NCBI GenBank assembly: GCA_963754925.1
Contig: CAVWHX010000006.1
Span: 64,001-128,000 of the forward strand
Direction: 5' to 3'
DNA length: 64,000 bases
Source: an uncultured delta proteobacterium
GTDB taxonomy: Bacteria; Myxococcota; B64-G9
A program made the position numbers and the translations under genes. Positions 60,169-64,000 of the stretch are shown here, one piece after another. The stretch's first letter is position 1; each line of letters begins with the position of its first letter. The notes below the pieces were generated by a model that worked only from the letters and a program-made list of their open reading frames with translations, was not told the DNA's origin and did not search any database.

Positions 60169-60372
60169 TTATACCTCCAGCGAACGGAAATTATGAATAA
60201 ACTTCGCTCGGCGGCTTCTGAGAATGCGATCCACGATACTCGCGACCGAGTAGTCGTCATCGAGCGACGATACGTCCACAATGGCTGACACCAGATCGTA
60301 GAGCGAAGTTCTAAATTTCCTCGTGGGGACTGGGGATTGAAGTTTCGTGGTGATCTGTTTTGTCGGTTGCAT
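60169..60372 (-). CDS. Small hypothetical protein
   Basis: AAAGGAG RBS and sigma54 motif upstream of ATG 60372. Confidence 0.6.
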   Translation of the reverse strand: MQPTKQITTKLQSPVPTRKFRTSLYDLVSAIVDVSSLDDDYSVASIVDRILRSRRAKFIHNFRSLEV

Positions 60373-60429
60373 TGGCTTTTCTCCTTTCAGCCTTTGTTTG
60401 CCGCACCTACGGTTATATTCGTTAGGATT

Positions 60430-60445
60430 TGCAATACTGATGCCA
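60430..60445 (-). promoter_or_regulatory. Sigma54 promoter
   Basis: TGGCATCAGTATTGCA. Confidence 0.7.
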
Positions 60446-60548
60446 AAAGACGGTATTCGTTGATTATTGATCGTGGGGTAATGGTTAAAGCTCAGGGCCC
60501 CCGTCAACGGTCCTTTATGCTCAGCAGTGAAAGAAAACTTTCAGGAGT

Positions 60549-61106
60549 TTATTGAGGTTGTCTTTTTCTTCGGTAGAAGTGCCAAAGCCATAGGATGACT
60601 CCGGCGGCGGCTATGCCTCCCATGACCTCGAGCTCGTAACGTTTGATATCGCCGAGCACGGTTTCGAGAGCGCTTCCAAAAAAATATCCTACGGCAGTAA
60701 AAATTACCGACCATAACGCTGCGCCTAAGATATTCAGCAGCACAAATTTGCGGGTGGGGAAACTGCTCATGCCTATTACAAATGGGGTGACGGTTCTAAG
60801 CCCATACAAGAATCTGAACAAAAGGATAATTAGTAATTGGTGGCGATCGAGTACGGCTTGAGCTCGAGCGACAGCCGGTCTCCAGGAGGGATGTTTGCTC
60901 ATAATGGCGTCGCTCCGGAGACGCCCTAACAAGAAAAAAACCTGATCGCCCAACGTGGTGCCGATGAATGCCATGAGAAGAACCAATGGCCATTTCAAAT
61001 ACCCTCGATGGGCGGCAAAACCGCCCAAGACAAGGATTGTTTCACCCTCGATGAATGTTCCGGCGAGAATCGCCCAATAACCGAAGGTCTGAATTAATGT
61101 TTCCAA
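60549..61106 (-). CDS. DedA family membrane protein
   Basis: FIEGET, LGDQ, RFLYGLR, LNILGAALW. Confidence 0.92.
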   Translation of the reverse strand: METLIQTFGYWAILAGTFIEGETILVLGGFAAHRGYLKWPLVLLMAFIGTTLGDQVFFLLGRLRSDAIMSKHPSWRPAVARAQAVLDRHQLLIILLFRFLYGLRTVTPFVIGMSSFPTRKFVLLNILGAALWSVIFTAVGYFFGSALETVLGDIKRYELEVMGGIAAAGVILWLWHFYRRKRQPQ

Positions 61107-61163
61107 TGGCGTAAGGTATGACTAGATTGAAGCGATTCAGCTTTGTTAAAGGGGGGATAACGG

Positions 61164-61559
61164 TTAAGCCAACCGGATTGCCTTGCTATTTTCCCAGAGC
61201 CCATGAATGTTGCAGTAAGATACCGCGATCAGGGTGCCCGCTTGCGCTATCTTTACCGAGGTGTTTACCGAAGGATCAGTATAAACAGGTCCCGAGTTCG
61301 GCCCTTTGGTTGATTCTCCGTGGGCGTTAAAATTGTAGTGTCCGACCTCGTAAATGAACTTGTCTCCCTCAGGTTTGAAAAAAAGCGTGATCCGACGAAT
61401 ATGGTGTTCGGTGGTGTTGGGATGCGCTATTTGCTTTCCAACCGTTACATCGACTTTCAAAACCTCATTGGCTTTCACCGAGTCGTTGCACTCGATTACC
61501 GGCACGTGTTTTTCTGCCTTCCAATCCGCTGACTGAACCGATTCGCCGATTTTGGTCAT
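61164..61559 (-). CDS. Superoxide reductase, 1Fe (neelaredoxin-type)
   Basis: EKHVP, HPNTTEHHI, YCNIHGLW. Confidence 0.92.
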   Translation of the reverse strand: MTKIGESVQSADWKAEKHVPVIECNDSVKANEVLKVDVTVGKQIAHPNTTEHHIRRITLFFKPEGDKFIYEVGHYNFNAHGESTKGPNSGPVYTDPSVNTSVKIAQAGTLIAVSYCNIHGLWENSKAIRLA

Positions 61560-61609
61560 AGAATTCCCTCCTGCGTAATGGTTTAGATTTTTTTACCCTT
61601 ACCGCGGAT

Positions 61610-61939
61610 TCAGTTAGTGCTTCGGTTAAACCCTAAAAGCTCACGCTCAGCTTCAAGCCAGTGTTCGACTTCGTGACCCAAGGGCCGCCCGCGCTCGTTC
61701 CAAATTTCATATGCCCTCTTGGAAATCTGTTCTGGTGTCGCTGATCGTGCACTGGTTGGCGCCGCTGCCCTCTTGGAAATTTGTTCTGGTTTCGCTGGTT
61801 GTGCACTGAGTTGCGCCAATTGCCGGTTCGTTTCAAATTCTTCAGGCGCAGCCGGACGATCAAAATTAGAGAGCTCTTTGTAGCTTTTCACTTGTTTTAG
61901 GTTCTTTTTTGTTGGGGAAGATTTGTTATTCTGCTGCAT
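61610..61939 (-). CDS. DUF2934 domain protein
   Basis: ISKRAYEIW..RGRP.G....HWLEAEREL; PEQISKRA duplicated. Confidence 0.8.
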   Translation of the reverse strand: MQQNNKSSPTKKNLKQVKSYKELSNFDRPAAPEEFETNRQLAQLSAQPAKPEQISKRAAAPTSARSATPEQISKRAYEIWNERGRPLGHEVEHWLEAERELLGFNRSTN

Positions 61940-62010
61940 GACAACGTCCTTTCGTTAATTCCTTGTTCATGCCCGCCTACACAGAACTACGTATTCAATC
62001 ACGCTTGGTT

Positions 62011-62026
62011 CGCAAATGGAATGCCA
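62011..62026 (-). promoter_or_regulatory. Sigma54 promoter
   Basis: TGGCATTCCATTTGCG. Confidence 0.68.
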
Positions 62027-62307
62027 AAGTTCATGTTTTCAGAAGATTGTTGATTTCATTGTAGTTGGGTTTCCCCGGTATGGGAATGCACCCGTTTTGA
62101 ACGGTTCATTTTGATCTCAAGGTAGGTATTTCTGTAGCATTTTAGAACTCGAAGTCATTTGATGAAATGTTCGACCTGGATTGACAGGTTAGGTTTCGAT
62201 GCGCAGGTTACAAAATGAAAGGGACGTGCACCCGGAGGTGACGCCGGGGAACACGTACGAGGCAACGAGCGCTATGGGGTACTCAATTTCCTCAGGGAGG
62301 TGTAGTT

Positions 62308-62739
62308 ATGGAACTTACCGAATGTAAAGAAAACGAAGGCGTATCAAGACAACGTCGGGACATGAGTGTCTTGGATCGCTATTACGGTTGGCCTTTTTTT
62401 GACAATGACTGCATCAGTTTTACCCCGCCGTTGGAACTTATCGAGAACGAAGACGACTTTAGGGTGTTCGTTGAGCTGCCTGGTGTCGACGAAAAAGACG
62501 TAACGACAACCTGGTCTAATGGGAGATTGGTTATCAAAGGTGAAAAGAAATCAATGGCGGCGCGAGAGGAAGATCTTTGCTGTTGCTCCGAGCGCAACTT
62601 CGGTAGTTTTGAGCGGGTCTTGCCGATTTCTTCCGCTATCGATTCAGATCACATGACCGCTCATTTTACCCGGGGCGTTTTGGAGGTGATCCTCCCGAAG
62701 AAAGAAGAAGCCAAACCGAAAATCGTGAAAATTGAATAG
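62308..62739 (+). CDS. Small heat-shock protein (Hsp20)
   Basis: VELPGV, LVIKGEK, ERNFGSFER, GVLEVILPK. Confidence 0.93.
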   Translation: MELTECKENEGVSRQRRDMSVLDRYYGWPFFDNDCISFTPPLELIENEDDFRVFVELPGVDEKDVTTTWSNGRLVIKGEKKSMAAREEDLCCCSERNFGSFERVLPISSAIDSDHMTAHFTRGVLEVILPKKEEAKPKIVKIE

Positions 62740-62763
62740 GCGGGTTAGGGAAATGGCGAACGC

Positions 62764-62808
62764 ATAGGGCAGGAACGGTGGAATCAGTTTTCGCCCTTCC
62801 TGCCCTAT
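62764..62808. terminator. 12-bp stem-loop between convergent hsp20 and trpS
   Basis: ATAGGGCAGGAA ... TTCCTGCCCTAT; no clear U-tract. Confidence 0.4.
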
Positions 62809-63034
62809 CGATTTCGGAGGCGTGGTCATGGAAGAAAATAATTGCATTTACCTGGTGCGTTGCTGTGATTCACGCGAGGCACCGGCAGTTTCTTCGGACT
62901 GTGGGATGAACGATCGGGTGGTCAAAGCGTGGCGGGGAACTACGCTGGGTAACCCGATTGGTCCGCCCTCAGAACCTGAGGTCGTCCCGGTGAAGGCATG
63001 CGAGGAGTAGGGTAGGAGGCTGCGGTTTCAAATT

Positions 63035-64000
63035 TCAACCTGAATCAGTCGGTAGGCCGCAAGCATCCCGAACCGTTCGCAATGTTTTTTGCGCCACGGC
63101 GCGGGCGTTACGGGCGCCCGCCGTGATAATTTTCTCAATTTCCTTTTCTCGTTGCATCCACTCTTCGTAGCGCTTCTTGGCCGGCTCGAACGTTGACAAA
63201 AATAACTCGATGAGACGTTCTTTAATTTCCTGGTAACTCACGCCGCCCTGTCGATAGCGACCTGCCCAAAGAGCTACTTCATCGGCATCGGCCATCGCAC
63301 GCATAAAGTCCATGAGGGAACTTTTATCCGGATCCTTGGGCTCAGAGGTCGGTGTTGAGTCGGTCACGATCGACATGAATCGATCCCTGGCTTCCTGTGG
63401 ATGGCAAAACAACGCTATGGTGTTGTGATGACTCTTGCTCATTTTACGCCCATCGATACCCGGAAGAGCGCTCGAGTTTTTGTTGATGATAGGCTCCGGC
63501 CGTACCAGGAAATTACTTTTGAAAACGTGGTTGAATTTAGCTTGGATATCCTGCGCCATTTCAATGTGTTGTTGCTGATCAGCGCCGACCGGGACAGCTT
63601 CCCCTTGGTAGATGAGAATATCGGCCGCCTGTAACATTGGATAGGAGAACAATCCATGCGTTGGATTCATTCCTCGCGCAAGGTTATCTTTATACGCGTG
63701 CGAACGCTTAAGAAGTCCGAGCGGCGTTACCGTTGAAAGAATCCAGGCCAACTCGGTTACCTCAGGAACGTCGCTCTGGCGGAAAAAAACGGTTCGATTG
63801 GGATCAAGTCCCAAGCCGAGGTACGCTGCGGCGATATCTCTCGTGTATTCGCTCAATTTTGATCGATCATGAAGGCTCGTCAATGCGTGATAATCTGCGA
63901 TAAAGTAGAAACATTCATGATTGGCTTCCTGCAATTCCAACTGTGGTCGGATCGCACCATAATAGTTTCCCAGATGTAACTTCCCCGAAGGTTGTATCCC
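63035..64000 (-). CDS. trpS: Tryptophanyl-tRNA synthetase (5' end beyond window)
   Basis: GIQPSGKLHLGNY, ADYHALT, YPMLQAADIL, VPVGADQ, KMSKS. Confidence 0.95.
   Translation of the reverse strand, partial: GIQPSGKLHLGNYYGAIRPQLELQEANHECFYFIADYHALTSLHDRSKLSEYTRDIAAAYLGLGLDPNRTVFFRQSDVPEVTELAWILSTVTPLGLLKRSHAYKDNLARGMNPTHGLFSYPMLQAADILIYQGEAVPVGADQQQHIEMAQDIQAKFNHVFKSNFLVRPEPIINKNSSALPGIDGRKMSKSHHNTIALFCHPQEARDRFMSIVTDSTPTSEPKDPDKSSLMDFMRAMADADEVALWAGRYRQGGVSYQEIKERLIELFLSTFEPAKKRYEEWMQREKEIEKIITAGARNARAVAQKTLRTVRDACGLPTDSG

Noticed and set aside
1..64000. tRNA, rRNA or prophage structural genes
   Set aside because: None recognised by eye; a tRNAscan-SE or barrnap run would be needed to exclude RNA genes formally

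Overview
A 64-kb bacterial window; gene content suggests a deltaproteobacterial-type anaerobe (inference). It has four zones. (1) 0.2-20 kb: a USP, a quinol-dependent NO reductase, a complete GC-rich nuo (complex I) operon with a NuoB/C/D fusion, and an NDP-forming acyl-CoA synthetase. (2) 20-32 kb: housekeeping and signalling genes (lgt, HAD-IIA, a PilZ-REC-sigma54 activator, P5C dehydrogenase, a PAS hybrid kinase, plsC) plus orphans. (3) About 32.3-53.9 kb: a 21-kb mosaic accessory island bracketed by a ~190-bp direct repeat. It holds mostly minus-strand single genes, TA modules, a restriction-type nuclease, an IS1182 and several attC sites, but no integron integrase. Its most unusual feature is a ~180-270-bp non-coding module repeated 4 times plus 2 fragments. 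The module looks like an integron attI site, a Pc-like promoter and the first four codons (MRIW) of a divergent gene. Each copy heads its own 1-2 gene cassettes, and units are joined at short GGGGTC(A/T)GA-CCC-type scars. This reads as a tandem array of captured integron heads rather than an ordinary integron or CALIN. (4) 54-64 kb: a stress cluster (wrbA, USP, M50-CBS protease, two HPF-like proteins, DegP-type protease, DedA, superoxide reductase, Hsp20) with four sigma54 promoter motifs, ending in a partial trpS. At least six single-base frameshifts, all in or beside short homopolymers, are probably sequencing errors. All protein calls come from motif recognition by eye; no database searches were run.
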